Shown: positions 9,017 to 19,081 of the stretch, piece by piece
Numbering within the stretch: the first letter of the stretch is position 1
Layout: each line of letters opens with the position of its first letter
Source of the DNA: Candidatus Nealsonbacteria bacterium
GTDB taxonomy: Bacteria; Patescibacteriota; Minisyncoccia; Minisyncoccales; PWPS01
Direction: 5' to 3'
Length of the DNA: 51,208 nucleotides
Assembly (NCBI GenBank): GCA_003551435.1
Contig: PUMQ01000006.1
Coordinates: 1 to 51,208, forward strand
Notes under the pieces: model-generated
What the model was told of the DNA's origin: nothing
The model's input: the letters and a program-made list of their open reading frames with translations, nothing else
Databases searched by the model: none
Made by a program: the position numbers and the translations under genes

Positions 9017-9358
9017 TTACATCTTTATCTCGATATTAACTCCTGCAGGCAGTGTCAAATTTCTTAACGCGTCAAGAACCTTCGCTCCGGGATTAAGAAT
9101 CTCAATAATTCTCTTGTGTATTCGAACCTCGTACTGTTCTTTCGATTTGTTATGCACGAAAGACGAACGGGTAACAGTATACTTCTTTATTTCCGTCGGG
9201 AGCGGGGTAGGGCCCAACACTTCACTGCCATACCTGAGCGCCGTATCAATAATCTGTCCCGCGCTGGTATCAATTACTTTGTGATCGTAAGCGCGCAGCT
9301 TTATCCTGATCTTGGATTTCAACCCCTCTTTGGTCTCGGTTGCTTTCTTTTTAGCCAT
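9017..9358 (-). CDS. rpsJ: 30S ribosomal protein uS10
   Basis: IRIKLRAYDH, GPTPLPT, EQYEVRIHKR. Confidence 0.98.
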   Translation of the reverse strand: MAKKKATETKEGLKSKIRIKLRAYDHKVIDTSAGQIIDTALRYGSEVLGPTPLPTEIKKYTVTRSSFVHNKSKEQYEVRIHKRIIEILNPGAKVLDALRNLTLPAGVNIEIKM

Positions 9359-9420
9359 CTGTTAACTTTGAAAAACTAACTAATACCGAAAGTTTCGTAC
9401 AAACCCCGGATTTCCGAAAG

Positions 9421-10617
9421 TTACTTAAGAATTTTGGTTACTACTCCCGCACCAACAGTCTTTCCTCCCTCGCGGATGGCAAATCTCATTTTTTCTTCAA
9501 GCGCGACGGGTGCGATAAGCTTTACTGTCAAATTGGCCGTATCTCCGGGCATTACCATCTCCGTCCCTTCGGGAAGATCTACCTCACCGGTAACATCGGT
9601 TGTTCTTACGTAGAACTGGGGCTTGTACCCTTTAAAAAACGGGGTATGCCTTCCTCCTTCTTCCTTGCCCAGAATATAGACTTCCGCTTCAAATTCGGTA
9701 TGGGGAGTGATGGAACCCGGTTTCGCCAATACCTGACCTCTTTCTATGTCATCTTTTTTTGTTCCGCGGAGAAGAATTCCCGCATTGTCTCCCGCCTCAC
9801 CAACGTCAAGGCTTTTGTTAAACATCTCAACGCTCACCACGGTGGTTTTTGTTGTGTCTCTCAATCCTACAATCTCCACTTCTTCTCCCGATTTAACAAC
9901 CCCTCTTTCAATTCTTCCGGTAGCAACGGTTCCCCTTCCTTCAATTGAAAAGACATCTTCCACCGCCATAAGAAACGGCTTGTCCTTGTCTCTTTCCGGT
10001 TCGGGAATATAGCTGTCCATCGCCTCTAAAAGCTCCATAACGGGCTTTAAAGATTCATCGTCGGCAGAGTTGGCCTCCAGGGCTTTTAATGCCGATCCTT
10101 TAACAATGGGGATTTCATCGCCGGGGAAATCGTACTTGTTCAAAAGTTCTCTTACTTCGGATTCTACAAGGTCAATCATCTCCTTGTCATCAACCAAGTC
10201 AACTTTATTTAGAAAAACAACAAGCGAAGGAAGACCTACTTGCCTGGCAAGCAGAATGTGCTCTCTTGTTTGGGGCATAGGTCCGTCAGTCGCAGAAACA
10301 ACAAGAATCGCTCCGTCCATCTGAGCCGCTCCGGTAATCATGTTTTTAACATAGTCAGCGTGTCCGGGACAGTCAATGTGTGCGTAGTGCCTTTTTTCCG
10401 TCTCGTACTCCCTGTGAGAAATAGAAATGGTAAGACCTCTCGCTTTTTCTTCGGGAGCGGAGTCTATTTCTTCAACACTCGTTTTCTTTCCGATAAGCCC
10501 TTTTAAGTGAAGGGTGTTTATCATAGCCGCTGTCAGGGTTGTTTTTCCGTGGTCGACATGACCAACGGTTCCCACGTTAAGGTGCGGCTTCCCTCTTTCA
10601 AATTTTTCTTTAGCCAT
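9421..10617 (-). CDS. tuf: Elongation factor Tu
   Basis: [35 protein letters not shown]. Confidence 0.99.
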   Translation of the reverse strand: MAKEKFERGKPHLNVGTVGHVDHGKTTLTAAMINTLHLKGLIGKKTSVEEIDSAPEEKARGLTISISHREYETEKRHYAHIDCPGHADYVKNMITGAAQMDGAILVVSATDGPMPQTREHILLARQVGLPSLVVFLNKVDLVDDKEMIDLVESEVRELLNKYDFPGDEIPIVKGSALKALEANSADDESLKPVMELLEAMDSYIPEPERDKDKPFLMAVEDVFSIEGRGTVATGRIERGVVKSGEEVEIVGLRDTTKTTVVSVEMFNKSLDVGEAGDNAGILLRGTKKDDIERGQVLAKPGSITPHTEFEAEVYILGKEEGGRHTPFFKGYKPQFYVRTTDVTGEVDLPEGTEMVMPGDTANLTVKLIAPVALEEKMRFAIREGGKTVGAGVVTKILK

Positions 10618-10627
10618 ATTTTTTTAT

Positions 10628-10820
10628 CCCGTACCGCTGCTTTTAGCTCGGCGCCGGGTAGTTATTAACTTTTACTTGTCTTCAAAATTTTGTCATAACG
10701 TTGTAGTGAAAATTCATTATTTCCGTCCGGCAAGAAAAACAAAGCTTCGCCTTGCTAAACGAAATTTTACAACGAATTTCTACTGCATTGTATGATATAA
10801 TATTTTTTAAAAAAAGTCCA
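10628..10820 (-). promoter_or_regulatory. Internal tuf promoter and structured 5' leader
   Basis: TGGACT-N17-TATCAT (10820-10792); long G-U-rich hairpin 10703-10783; second hairpin 10628-10658. Confidence 0.6.
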
Positions 10821-10827
10821 ATACGAA

Positions 10828-10915
10828 CTGGCGCCTGGCACTTAACATCTGATAACTAACACTTAATATCTGACTGTTAAATTAAGCTGTCAGTTGTTAG
10901 GTGCCAAGTGCCAGG
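10828..10915. repeat. Palindromic degenerate heptamer array after the fusA stop
   Basis: CTGGCGC CTGGCAC TTAACAT CTGATAA CTAACAC TTAATAT CTGACTG, then inverted TGTCAGT TGTTAGG TGCCAAG TGCCAGG. Confidence 0.85.
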
Positions 10916-10917
10916 AT

Positions 10918-13035
10918 TCAGGAACCTTTGTTAATAATTTCCTGCGCGATATTATAAGGAACCTCCTTATAACTGTCAAACTCCATGGAATAATTCCCTC
11001 TTCCCTTGGTAAGTGAACGCAAATTTGTCACATAACCGAACATCTCGGCAAGCGGAACCTTGGCGCGAATAATTTTCTGTGCTCTCTTCCCTTTCGTTTC
11101 CTCGGTAGAGTGCACTTCTCCCCTTCTTGAGGAAATATCTCCCATTACATCCCCCAAGTATTCGGGGGGAATAACCGCCTCTACACTCATTATCGGCTCT
11201 AGTATAACCGGGTCAGCATTTTTATATGCTTCTTTAAATCCGATAGACCCCGCTATTTTAAAAGCCATTTTTGAAGAGTCAACCTCGTGGAAAGATCCGT
11301 CAAAAAGAGAAGCTTTTACATTAACAATCGGATACCCGGCCAAAACTCCCTCATCCATTACTTCCTCAATGCCTTTTTCTACCGCGGGGATAAACTCTTG
11401 AGGGATAACCCCTCCTTTTATCTCATCAACAAATTCCAGTCTTTGCCCTTCTTCAGGAGAAAGAGGCTCTATTCTCAGTTTTACATGGCCATACTGCCCC
11501 CTTCCTCCGCTTTGCTTGATATACTTTCCTTCCGCTTCCGCCGGCTTTCTAATAGCTTCTTTGTAAGCTACCTGAGGCTGGCCGGCTTGCGCTTCAACTT
11601 TAAACTCTCTCTTCATCCTGTCGATGATGATATCCAGATGAAGCTCTCCCATGCCCGAAATAATAGTTTCTCCGGTTTCTACGTCTCCCGTTGTTCTGAA
11701 AGTGGGATCTTCTTCCGCCAATTTCCGAAGAGCAATGCCCATCTTTTCTTGATCTTCCTTTGTTTTTGGCTCTACCCTTATAGAAACTACCGGCTCCGGG
11801 AAAGCGATATCTTCCAAAACAACCGGTCTATTTTCATCACAAAGAGTGTGCCCGGTGGAAGTCTCCTTGAGCCCTACTGCTGCTACGATGTCGCCTGTAT
11901 ATATGTTCTTCAGCTCTTCGCGTTGATCCGAGTGCATACGGAGAATTCGGCTGATGCGCTCTTTTTTGCCCGTGTTGGCGTTAAGAACATAAGACCCTCC
12001 AGAAAGTTTTCCTGAATATACACGCATAAAAGTCAAACTTCCCACGTAAGCATCGTTTGCAAGCTTAAAAGCAAGAGCGGTAAATGACTCCTCGTCATCG
12101 GCCTTTAGCTTTATAGGATCTTGGCTCTTCGGATCTCTTCCTTCGGTTTCTAAAAGATCGGTAGGGGCCGGAAGATAGTGGCAAACAGCATCAAGAACCG
12201 GCTGGACTCCTTTGTTTTTTAACGCAGAACCGCAAAAAACAGGTATTATTTTATAGGCTAGAACCGCTTTTCTTAAAACCTCCCTTATCTCCTCTTCTTT
12301 TATTTCCATTCCTTGAGTATATTTTTCAAAAAGGTTTTCGTCCTCGGTAACTATTTTTTCAAGTGTTTCGTTTCTCCATTTTTCCACTTTTTCTTTCATC
12401 TCTTCCGGAACTTCCTCTTCTTTAACAGTTTCTCCGAAATCTCCCTCAAAGCGAATCATTTTTCTTCCCATAAGGTCAATTACCCCTTTAAAATTTTCTT
12501 CTTCTCCGGCCGGAATCTGCATCACCGCAAGGTCAGTGGTTAATTTTTCTTTTATAGAATCAATGGCATCTTCAAAAGAAGCGCCTGTCCGATCCATCTT
12601 ATTGATAAAACAAATACGCGGAACACGGTACTTATCCGCCTGCCTCCAAACCGTTTCCGATTGGGGCTCTACACCGGCAACTCCGTCAAAAACAACCACT
12701 GCCCCGTCCAGTACGCGCATTGATCTTTGCACTTCCGCGGTAAAGTCAATATGCCCGGGAGTGTCAATGATATTTATCCTGTACTCGTTTTCCTTTTTTT
12801 TCTCTTCTCCCAAGGGAACCCAAAAGCAGGTAGTTGCCGCAGAAGTAATAGTAATTCCTCTCTCTTTTTCCTGTTCCATCCAATCCATTACCGACATCCC
12901 TTCGTGAGTTTCCCCTATCTTGTGGGAAATCCCGGCATAAAAAAGAATCCGTTCGGTAACGGTTGTTTTGCCCGCATCAATGTGAGCAATAATCCCTATA
13001 TTCCTATATCTGTCTAATGGATATTCTCTGGCCAT
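10918..13035 (-). CDS. fusA: Elongation factor G
   Basis: [34 protein letters not shown]. Confidence 0.99.
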   Translation of the reverse strand: MAREYPLDRYRNIGIIAHIDAGKTTVTERILFYAGISHKIGETHEGMSVMDWMEQEKERGITITSAATTCFWVPLGEEKKKENEYRINIIDTPGHIDFTAEVQRSMRVLDGAVVVFDGVAGVEPQSETVWRQADKYRVPRICFINKMDRTGASFEDAIDSIKEKLTTDLAVMQIPAGEEENFKGVIDLMGRKMIRFEGDFGETVKEEEVPEEMKEKVEKWRNETLEKIVTEDENLFEKYTQGMEIKEEEIREVLRKAVLAYKIIPVFCGSALKNKGVQPVLDAVCHYLPAPTDLLETEGRDPKSQDPIKLKADDEESFTALAFKLANDAYVGSLTFMRVYSGKLSGGSYVLNANTGKKERISRILRMHSDQREELKNIYTGDIVAAVGLKETSTGHTLCDENRPVVLEDIAFPEPVVSIRVEPKTKEDQEKMGIALRKLAEEDPTFRTTGDVETGETIISGMGELHLDIIIDRMKREFKVEAQAGQPQVAYKEAIRKPAEAEGKYIKQSGGRGQYGHVKLRIEPLSPEEGQRLEFVDEIKGGVIPQEFIPAVEKGIEEVMDEGVLAGYPIVNVKASLFDGSFHEVDSSKMAFKIAGSIGFKEAYKNADPVILEPIMSVEAVIPPEYLGDVMGDISSRRGEVHSTEETKGKRAQKIIRAKVPLAEMFGYVTNLRSLTKGRGNYSMEFDSYKEVPYNIAQEIINKGS

Positions 13036-13042
13036 AATACTT

Positions 13043-13522
13043 TTACTTTGCCAAATAGGCGAAGGCCTTGTTCGCCTTTGCCATCTTGTGCATATTTTCT
13101 TTCTTTTTCACCGCCCCTCCTTCGTTTTTAAAAGCGCTTACCAGCTCCTCGCAAAGCTTTTCGTGCATCGGTTTTCCTTTTTTTTCTCTTGCCGCCCCTG
13201 CAATCCAGCGCATAGACAAGCTAAGCGACCGTTTTTTGTTGACTTTCATCGGCACCTGGTAAGTTGCTCCTCCCACTCTTTTTGAGCGCACTTCCATGGA
13301 AGGAGCGACATTGTCAATTGCTTTTTCAAATACTTCAAGAGGTTCTTTTTTTTCTTTCTTTTTTATATTTTCAAACGCGTTGTAAACCACTTTCCTGGCC
13401 GTATCTTTTTTTCCTTTACGCATCACGTGATTGATAAACTTGGAAACCATCACGCTGTTATAAACCGGGTCCGGAGTAATCGGTTGCACTTTGTATTTCT
13501 TTTTTCCGGTTTCTTCAAACAT
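13043..13522 (-). CDS. rpsG: 30S ribosomal protein uS7
   Basis: [21 protein letters not shown]. Confidence 0.99.
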   Translation of the reverse strand: MFEETGKKKYKVQPITPDPVYNSVMVSKFINHVMRKGKKDTARKVVYNAFENIKKKEKKEPLEVFEKAIDNVAPSMEVRSKRVGGATYQVPMKVNKKRSLSLSMRWIAGAAREKKGKPMHEKLCEELVSAFKNEGGAVKKKENMHKMAKANKAFAYLAK

Positions 13523-13528
13523 AAGAAT

Positions 13529-13601
13529 TAACTTATAATCTATGGCCTATGACTTCCTTGATAAACGGTTATTAGTCATTAGTCATTTGTCATTTGTTAT
13601 T
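13529..13601. repeat. Palindromic heptamer array between rpsL and rpsG
   Basis: TAACTTA TAATCTA TGGCCTA TGACTTC, spacer, GGTTATT AGTCATT AGTCATT TGTCATT TGTTATT. Confidence 0.85.
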
Positions 13602-14007
13602 TCCCCTTCTTTGTTCCGTACTTGCTGCGCGACGTTTTTCTGTCGTCCACTCCCGTAGCATCCAGCGCTCCACGCACCACATGATAACGGACTCCAGGAA
13701 GGTCTTTAACCCTCCCTCCTCTTATAAGGACCACCGAGTGTTCTTGGAGTTTGTGTCCTATTCCGGGAATGTAGGCTGTCACCTCCGCTCCGTTGGAAAC
13801 TCTAACTCTGGCCACCTTACGAAGCGCAGAGTTCGGCTTCTTGGGAGTAACGGTTGTTACTTTAATACAGACTCCTCTCTTGAAAGGAGAGGGATAGGCC
13901 GACTTTCTGTTTCTCACGCTATTAAAACCATAGGAAAGAGCAGGAGATTTGTCTTTTCTCTTTACCTTTTTTCTTCCTTTTTTTATAAGCTGATTAATCG
14001 TCGGCAT
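13597..14007 (-). CDS. rpsL: 30S ribosomal protein uS12
   Basis: [29 protein letters not shown]. Confidence 0.99.
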   Translation of the reverse strand: MPTINQLIKKGRKKVKRKDKSPALSYGFNSVRNRKSAYPSPFKRGVCIKVTTVTPKKPNSALRKVARVRVSNGAEVTAYIPGIGHKLQEHSVVLIRGGRVKDLPGVRYHVVRGALDATGVDDRKTSRSKYGTKKGK

Positions 14008-14100
14008 AATACGGTATAAATACTCTAACAAAGCTTGTTTACCAGTCCCCGAAAATAAAAAAACCCATAAGGCCGGGGCTCTGTAAACCTCTGCCCTGTT

Positions 14101-14128
14101 ATACTACACAAAAAAAACAAAAAGTCAA
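14101..14128 (-). promoter_or_regulatory. Sigma70-type promoter of the str/S10 cluster
   Basis: TTGACT-N16-TAGTAT about 95 nt upstream of rpsL. Confidence 0.6.
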
Positions 14129-14194
14129 CAAACCCGCATTAAATCACTCAAAGGCTGATTAGAAGCTGCAGAAATCGGGCTTTCTATTAACCGT

Positions 14195-14839
14195 TTATAG
14201 AAAAGCAATAAACTCCCCTAAGGGCAACCCGGTAATAGGATAAAAAAGAAGGCCTATTACGAAAAAAAGAAAGAGAAAGATATAGGGCGCAAAGAAAATA
14301 ATGGCGAAAATAAGGATAAAAAGTCCGTACTGAGCGAAAAACACTTTCGCCTTTTCCGCAAAAGAGGGAAAAAAGGTAAAGAGAACATGAGACCCGTCAA
14401 GCGGAGGAATGGGCAGGAGATTGAAAACCGCCAGAAGAAGATTTATAAAAACAACTGCCGCAAAAGCGAAGAAAAGAGACTCGTTTTCCCTTATAACCGG
14501 CACAAACCGAATAAGCAATCCGAAAAATATAGCCAGAGCAATATTGGATCCCGGACCGGCCAGAGCAACTTTCATCTGATCGTACTTTCCTCTCAGATTA
14601 AAAGGGTTTATGGGAACGGGTTTTGCTCCTCCGATAATAAAGTTGCCCGGGAGAATAATCATAATAAGGGGCAGAAGAATGGTGAAAAAGGGGTCAACAT
14701 GAGGAATGGGATTGAGCGTTAACCGGCCCATATTCTTTGCCGTAGGGTCTCCCAGGGCGTAGGCAGCATAGCCGTGCGCATACTCGTGAAGTATGGCCGA
14801 GAAAATAAGAATAATGACGATAAATATCCACGTATCCAT
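14195..14839 (-). CDS. Site-2 protease (peptidase M50)
   Basis: HEYAH zinc motif, GDPTA, ALAGP, NLLPIPPLDG; start MDTWIF lies just after a TTGCCC-N17-TATCAT promoter. Confidence 0.93.
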   Translation of the reverse strand: MDTWIFIVIILIFSAILHEYAHGYAAYALGDPTAKNMGRLTLNPIPHVDPFFTILLPLIMIILPGNFIIGGAKPVPINPFNLRGKYDQMKVALAGPGSNIALAIFFGLLIRFVPVIRENESLFFAFAAVVFINLLLAVFNLLPIPPLDGSHVLFTFFPSFAEKAKVFFAQYGLFILIFAIIFFAPYIFLFLFFVIGLLFYPITGLPLGEFIAFL

Positions 14840-14881
14840 ATGTCCCGTATGATAACAGATTTCCGCCATAAGGGCAAATTG

Positions 14882-14909
14882 TTGAAAATTTTTTTGTTTC
14901 CTGTATAAT
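14882..14909 (+). promoter_or_regulatory. Promoter of rpmB-tRNA-Pro, back-to-back with the M50 promoter
   Basis: TTGAAA-N16-TATAAT. Confidence 0.65.
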
Positions 14910-14941
14910 GAAGCGCATTACAAAATAAGACAGTCAAAAAA

Positions 14942-15163
14942 ATGCCAAGAGAATGCCAAATTTGCGGAAAGACATCGGTAATGGAAAGCGCTCGGAAAAA
15001 GCTGATGTCAAGATATAACCCAACTCCCAAAAAGAGAAAGCGCCCCAACATCCAAAAAGCGCATATCCCTGCGGGCATCAAAAAGAAAAACTTTAAGGAG
15101 CACGCTGGACAAAAAGTGCTTGCCTGCACGAAGTGCATTAAAACATTGGGGAAAGACAAGTAA
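14942..15163 (+). CDS. rpmB: 50S ribosomal protein bL28
   Basis: MPRECQICGK, KRPNIQ, ACTKCIKT. Confidence 0.88.
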   Translation: MPRECQICGKTSVMESARKKLMSRYNPTPKKRKRPNIQKAHIPAGIKKKNFKEHAGQKVLACTKCIKTLGKDK

Positions 15164-15164
15164 A

Positions 15165-15238
15165 CGGGCCGTGGCCTAGAGGCTTAGGGCGCACGCATGG
15201 GGTGCGTGAGATCGTGGGTTCAAATCCCGCCGGCCCGA
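15165..15238 (+). tRNA. tRNA-Pro(GGG), CCA not encoded
   Basis: Acceptor CGGGCCG/CGGCCCG-A; anticodon arm CACGC-ATGGGGT-GCGTG; T-loop GGTTCAAATCC. Confidence 0.95.
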
Positions 15239-15256
15239 CAATTGCTTTAAAACAAA

Positions 15257-16273
15257 ATGGCTAATCTCTTTTACGCGACAATCGTTATGCTTTTGGGTTC
15301 GGGGTTCTTCTCTGCTACCGAAGCTGCTTTTTTCAGCATGCCTTTAAATAAGGCAAAAATAGCCACTAACCAAAAAAAGAAAGGGGCGGAATATCTTTTG
15401 AAAATAAAAAAAGATATGCGCCCCACCATCACTGTTCTTGTTGTTTTCACCAACATTTTCAATATCGCCGGAAGTATTTTTGTAGGAACCATGGCAGCGG
15501 AGATTTTCGGAAGTGCCAAAATAGGCATCTTTTCTGCCGTCCTTACTTTTTTGGTAATAATTTTCGCTGAAATCATTCCCAAAAGTATCGGTGAGACATT
15601 CGCTTTCCCTATAAGCATCTTTTTGGCAAAGCCGTTTTTTTATCTCACAAAAATATTCACCCCTCTTATTCGTCTCATAGAGTTTTTTACCAGTCCCCTA
15701 CCAAAGAAAAGAAAAACCGTTTCCGAGGAAGAGATTCGGACTTTAAGTAATATAGGTTTTCTGGAAGGAGTTATTGAAAAGGATGAAAAAGAAATGATTC
15801 ACCGAGTTTTTCTTTTAAACGATCTTGAAACAAGAGATATAATGACTCCCCGAACCGTGGTTACCGCTTTTGAGGGAAGCAAAAAACTGAAAGATTTAGA
15901 AAATGAAATATACTCTCTCTCCCACTCCCGGATCCCGATATACAAAGATAACCTGGATAACATAATCGGCATTTGCCACCAAAGAGATCTTCTCATTTCC
16001 TTTTCCCGGGGAGAGAAAGAAAAAACCGTTTCGGAGTTGGCAAACAGAGAAGTAATCAGAGTTCGAGAAAATAAAAAAATCGATACTTTGATACCGATCT
16101 TTCGCAAAACAAGGTGCCATTTGGCGATAGTTGTGGACGAGTTTGGAGGAACTTCGGGAGTAATTAGTTTAGAAGACGTTTTAGAGCAGATAATAGGCAG
16201 CGTGGTTGATGAAACAGACAGGACAGAAAGCCTAAGAGAGAAAGCCAAAACAGAATTAAACGATAAAAAATAA
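15257..16273 (+). CDS. CNNM/DUF21 + CBS-pair membrane protein (CorB/hemolysin family)
   Basis: SGFFSATEAAF, FAEIIPK, DIMTPR, HSRIPIY, VVDEFGGTSG. Confidence 0.93.
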   Translation: MANLFYATIVMLLGSGFFSATEAAFFSMPLNKAKIATNQKKKGAEYLLKIKKDMRPTITVLVVFTNIFNIAGSIFVGTMAAEIFGSAKIGIFSAVLTFLVIIFAEIIPKSIGETFAFPISIFLAKPFFYLTKIFTPLIRLIEFFTSPLPKKRKTVSEEEIRTLSNIGFLEGVIEKDEKEMIHRVFLLNDLETRDIMTPRTVVTAFEGSKKLKDLENEIYSLSHSRIPIYKDNLDNIIGICHQRDLLISFSRGEKEKTVSELANREVIRVRENKKIDTLIPIFRKTRCHLAIVVDEFGGTSGVISLEDVLEQIIGSVVDETDRTESLREKAKTELNDKK

Positions 16274-16276
16274 TTA

Positions 16277-17242
16277 TTATTTATCCTTTTTCTCCTCTTT
16301 TACTCCGGCCCACTTCTTAATTCCCTCCCACAGAACCGACCCTACCCCACGAAGCAAAAACCATATGCCAAAAATCGCCAAAGAAAGCCATCCCTTTACT
16401 CCCACCTTTTCTTTTTTCCTGCCTTCTATGCCTTTGTCCATCTCTTTTTCCGCTCTTTTTACTTGCTTTTCTGTCGGTATAAAGACGTCTTTTATTTTTC
16501 CTTCTACCTCTTTTTCTTCCCACCTTGCCCCTTCCTTTTGAAGTTTCTCTACCCTCTCTCTTCTCTTTTTTTCTATCTCTTTGTTTCTTTCAACACCCTT
16601 CTCTCTTACTGCCCAATCAAATAAATCAAGGCACGTTTCTTTTTGCAGCTCCTTTATTATTCTTTTCTCCTTCTTTTCAAACTCTTTTTGCCGCTCTTCC
16701 AACTCTTTCTGCTCTTCCAGGCTCTTATCGCTCCACGGGATATTGCCTACTTCTTCGGCTTTGTCTTTCGCTTCATTTTTTTTATCTTCAAGTTCTTTCT
16801 TTTTTTCGGCAATTGTTTCTCCGAGCTTTTCCATCATCTTTTTAAAATCTTCTTTTTCCTCCCCCTCCGTTTCCGCGTCAATAGCTTTTTCAAAAGAAAA
16901 CTCTTTCTCCGATTCTTTTACCCTTTGCTGAATTCTCTCCAGCTCTACCTGCTCTTCCCAGTTTCTTTTTTCCCCCTTTTTAAGAAGATCTTCTTCTCTT
17001 TTTTTGGAGTCCTTAAACTCTTTAAGGGCTTTTTCTCCCAGCGCTCTCTGTGCCTCTTTTTTTTTATCTTCAGAGGTCTCGGTATTTTCAATTTCCCCGA
17101 GAAGCTCTTTTCTGCTTTTCTCCTCGGGCTCTTCCTTTTCTTTCTCAGAGGATTTTTCAGCCCCCTCTTCTGTTAGAGATTTTCCCTTTTCCCAATCTTT
17201 AATTCTCTCTTCTCCCAATTTCTTTTCCGGATTATTCGTCAT
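16277..17242 (-). CDS. Hypothetical E/K-rich coiled-coil protein with C-terminal hydrophobic/amphipathic anchor
   Basis: Highly charged body ending GWLSLAIFGIWFLLRGVGSVLWEGIKKW; start uncertain (17242 or 17275). Confidence 0.75.
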   Translation of the reverse strand: MTNNPEKKLGEERIKDWEKGKSLTEEGAEKSSEKEKEEPEEKSRKELLGEIENTETSEDKKKEAQRALGEKALKEFKDSKKREEDLLKKGEKRNWEEQVELERIQQRVKESEKEFSFEKAIDAETEGEEKEDFKKMMEKLGETIAEKKKELEDKKNEAKDKAEEVGNIPWSDKSLEEQKELEERQKEFEKKEKRIIKELQKETCLDLFDWAVREKGVERNKEIEKKRRERVEKLQKEGARWEEKEVEGKIKDVFIPTEKQVKRAEKEMDKGIEGRKKEKVGVKGWLSLAIFGIWFLLRGVGSVLWEGIKKWAGVKEEKKDK

Positions 17243-17468
17243 CTTCTTTGCCAGCGGTTTTTTTATACTCTTCAATTTTCCTTACCGCCTCTATCTCTTC
17301 TCTGTCTAAAAGATAAATGTCTTCCATAGTCACGAACAACTCCCTTCTTTCTTCTTCGTTCATCTCGGGAATTTTCTCAATAAGCGCTTTCTTGTCTTCC
17401 TCGGATATCTTAACGCTGTTTACAAGGCTTTTTAAAGTTTTGTCGGCAAAAAGGTCGTTTTTTTTCAT
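17232..17468 (-). CDS. Small helical hypothetical protein
   Basis: 78-aa ATG ORF in the operon direction, packed tightly between its neighbours. Confidence 0.7.
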   Translation of the reverse strand: MKKNDLFADKTLKSLVNSVKISEEDKKALIEKIPEMNEEERRELFVTMEDIYLLDREEIEAVRKIEEYKKTAGKEDDE

Positions 17469-17475
17469 AAAATTT

Positions 17476-18999
17476 TTAGCTTAAAAATTTATCCATTTTT
17501 TTAAGTATTTCAAAAACAAACCTTACAGCATTCGGCTTCTTTTCCTTTTTTTTCTTGTAAGAATCAGTTGATACCTTTAAATCTTCTTTTATATACTTGT
17601 CCACTTCTTTGTTGCCCGTGCTTGGAAGAACAATGTGATTTGCAAGCTCGTTCCATATTGTTTCCGTATCCTCTTTAAGTTTTCCGGTTAACTCTCCTTC
17701 TATTTGCCCAATGCTCTCTAGAATTTTCGATAAATCAAACCCGTCGGCTTCTTTATAAATTTCTCTGATGTTTTTAATCTCTTCCTTGCTTTTTCCAGCT
17801 TTTTTCGCTTGGCCCTCCCAGTAGTCGTCCATTTTCTCCTTTCTTATTCTGTTGCAAGTTTCTCTTACCTGTGCTTCTGTCAGTTTAACCACCTTTTTTA
17901 ACTCACTTTCCATTCTTTTTCGGTATTCTTCATCCCACTCTTTTCCCAGCTTTTCGTCCATTCTCTTTTTAATCTCTTCTTTAAATCTTTCTTTTTCTTT
18001 TTCTGTAAATTCGTCAAGCTCATATGGCTTCAAAGAACGCTCTCCCAGCCTCGCTCTTTTGTAAAAAAGGCCTGTTTCTACTCTAATATCCGAAAAAGAG
18101 TATTTTCTCAAAAGAGCTATTATGTCCCTGTTTTCCGCCTCTCTTCCTATCTTACGGAAACTTTCCTTTATATTCTCCAATTGCTTGTTTTTAAAATCAT
18201 TTATTCCGCTATACTCTCTTTTCCTGTTATCGGAAAGCTTTTCCCACTCTCTTTGAAAAATCTCTTCTTCAAGCTCTTTTCTTCCCTCGCCTTCCAGTTT
18301 CTTTTTTCGGCTACCTGTCTTTTCTTTTTCTATGTAGTCATCTTTACTCCCGAGTCCCTCTTCCACCTCCTTTGTTATGTCCTTGGCAGAGAGCTTTTCT
18401 CCCATTTCTTTTAGCGCTTTAAAAACATCTTCTTTTTCTTTTTCTTTCGCTTCCCTTTTCCCTGCGTCCATCCCTTCTTGATTGCTCGCTTTCTTTTGGT
18501 CGTCCCTCTCTATTTCCTTATTTACCATCTCATATTTTTTCCTAAAATAGTCGTAAAGAAGGAAGGAAGTTTCCACTTTCATCTCCCCGGGATCAAGACA
18601 TCCTCTTATCTCTCCTAAATCAATGATTTTTTCATACTCTTTTCTGAAATTTTCGTTTTCTTCCAGCAGCTCGTTTTTTCGTTTGGGGTTCCGGACAAAA
18701 AAATCCTTAACATAGCTCGCCTTTGCTTCTAAATTAACACCTCGTCCGACTCCTTGCATTTTTTCGTCTCCTTCCAGCTTATCGTACAACTTTCCATAAA
18801 GATGGCTTAATCTTTCGCTCATCTCCTCTCCGAGAATTCTTTCTCCGGTTTCAACCGTCTCTTCGCTCGGCCTTAGTTTCTCTGCCAAGTTTTCTCCTTC
18901 TCCGAAGCTGTCTTCCTCTCCTTTTTCAAATTTATCAACCGCTTCTACTCCGGAGCTATATCTGGAATCAATATTTTCTCCTCTCTTTTCTGTTGACAT
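17476..18999 (-). CDS. Hypothetical charged alpha-helical protein (507 aa)
   Basis: Long E/K-rich ORF with no recognisable motif; GTATT-ATG start context. Confidence 0.8.
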   Translation of the reverse strand: MSTEKRGENIDSRYSSGVEAVDKFEKGEEDSFGEGENLAEKLRPSEETVETGERILGEEMSERLSHLYGKLYDKLEGDEKMQGVGRGVNLEAKASYVKDFFVRNPKRKNELLEENENFRKEYEKIIDLGEIRGCLDPGEMKVETSFLLYDYFRKKYEMVNKEIERDDQKKASNQEGMDAGKREAKEKEKEDVFKALKEMGEKLSAKDITKEVEEGLGSKDDYIEKEKTGSRKKKLEGEGRKELEEEIFQREWEKLSDNRKREYSGINDFKNKQLENIKESFRKIGREAENRDIIALLRKYSFSDIRVETGLFYKRARLGERSLKPYELDEFTEKEKERFKEEIKKRMDEKLGKEWDEEYRKRMESELKKVVKLTEAQVRETCNRIRKEKMDDYWEGQAKKAGKSKEEIKNIREIYKEADGFDLSKILESIGQIEGELTGKLKEDTETIWNELANHIVLPSTGNKEVDKYIKEDLKVSTDSYKKKKEKKPNAVRFVFEILKKMDKFLS

Positions 19000-19081
19000 A
19001 ATACGATATTAAAAGTTACTTAATAAGCTTAATTTATCGACATCTTGTCTATTTATAAAATACATTTTTCAAATTGTAAAG

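Noticed and set aside
10628-10660. AAGCAGC hairpin before tuf as SRP RNA
   Set aside because: Lacks the matching CAGG strand and GNRA tetraloop of SRP domain IV.
8209-10920. UGA recoding (genetic code 25)
   Set aside because: TGA ends rplC, fusA and other conserved genes at the expected positions, with no in-frame TGA in core genes.
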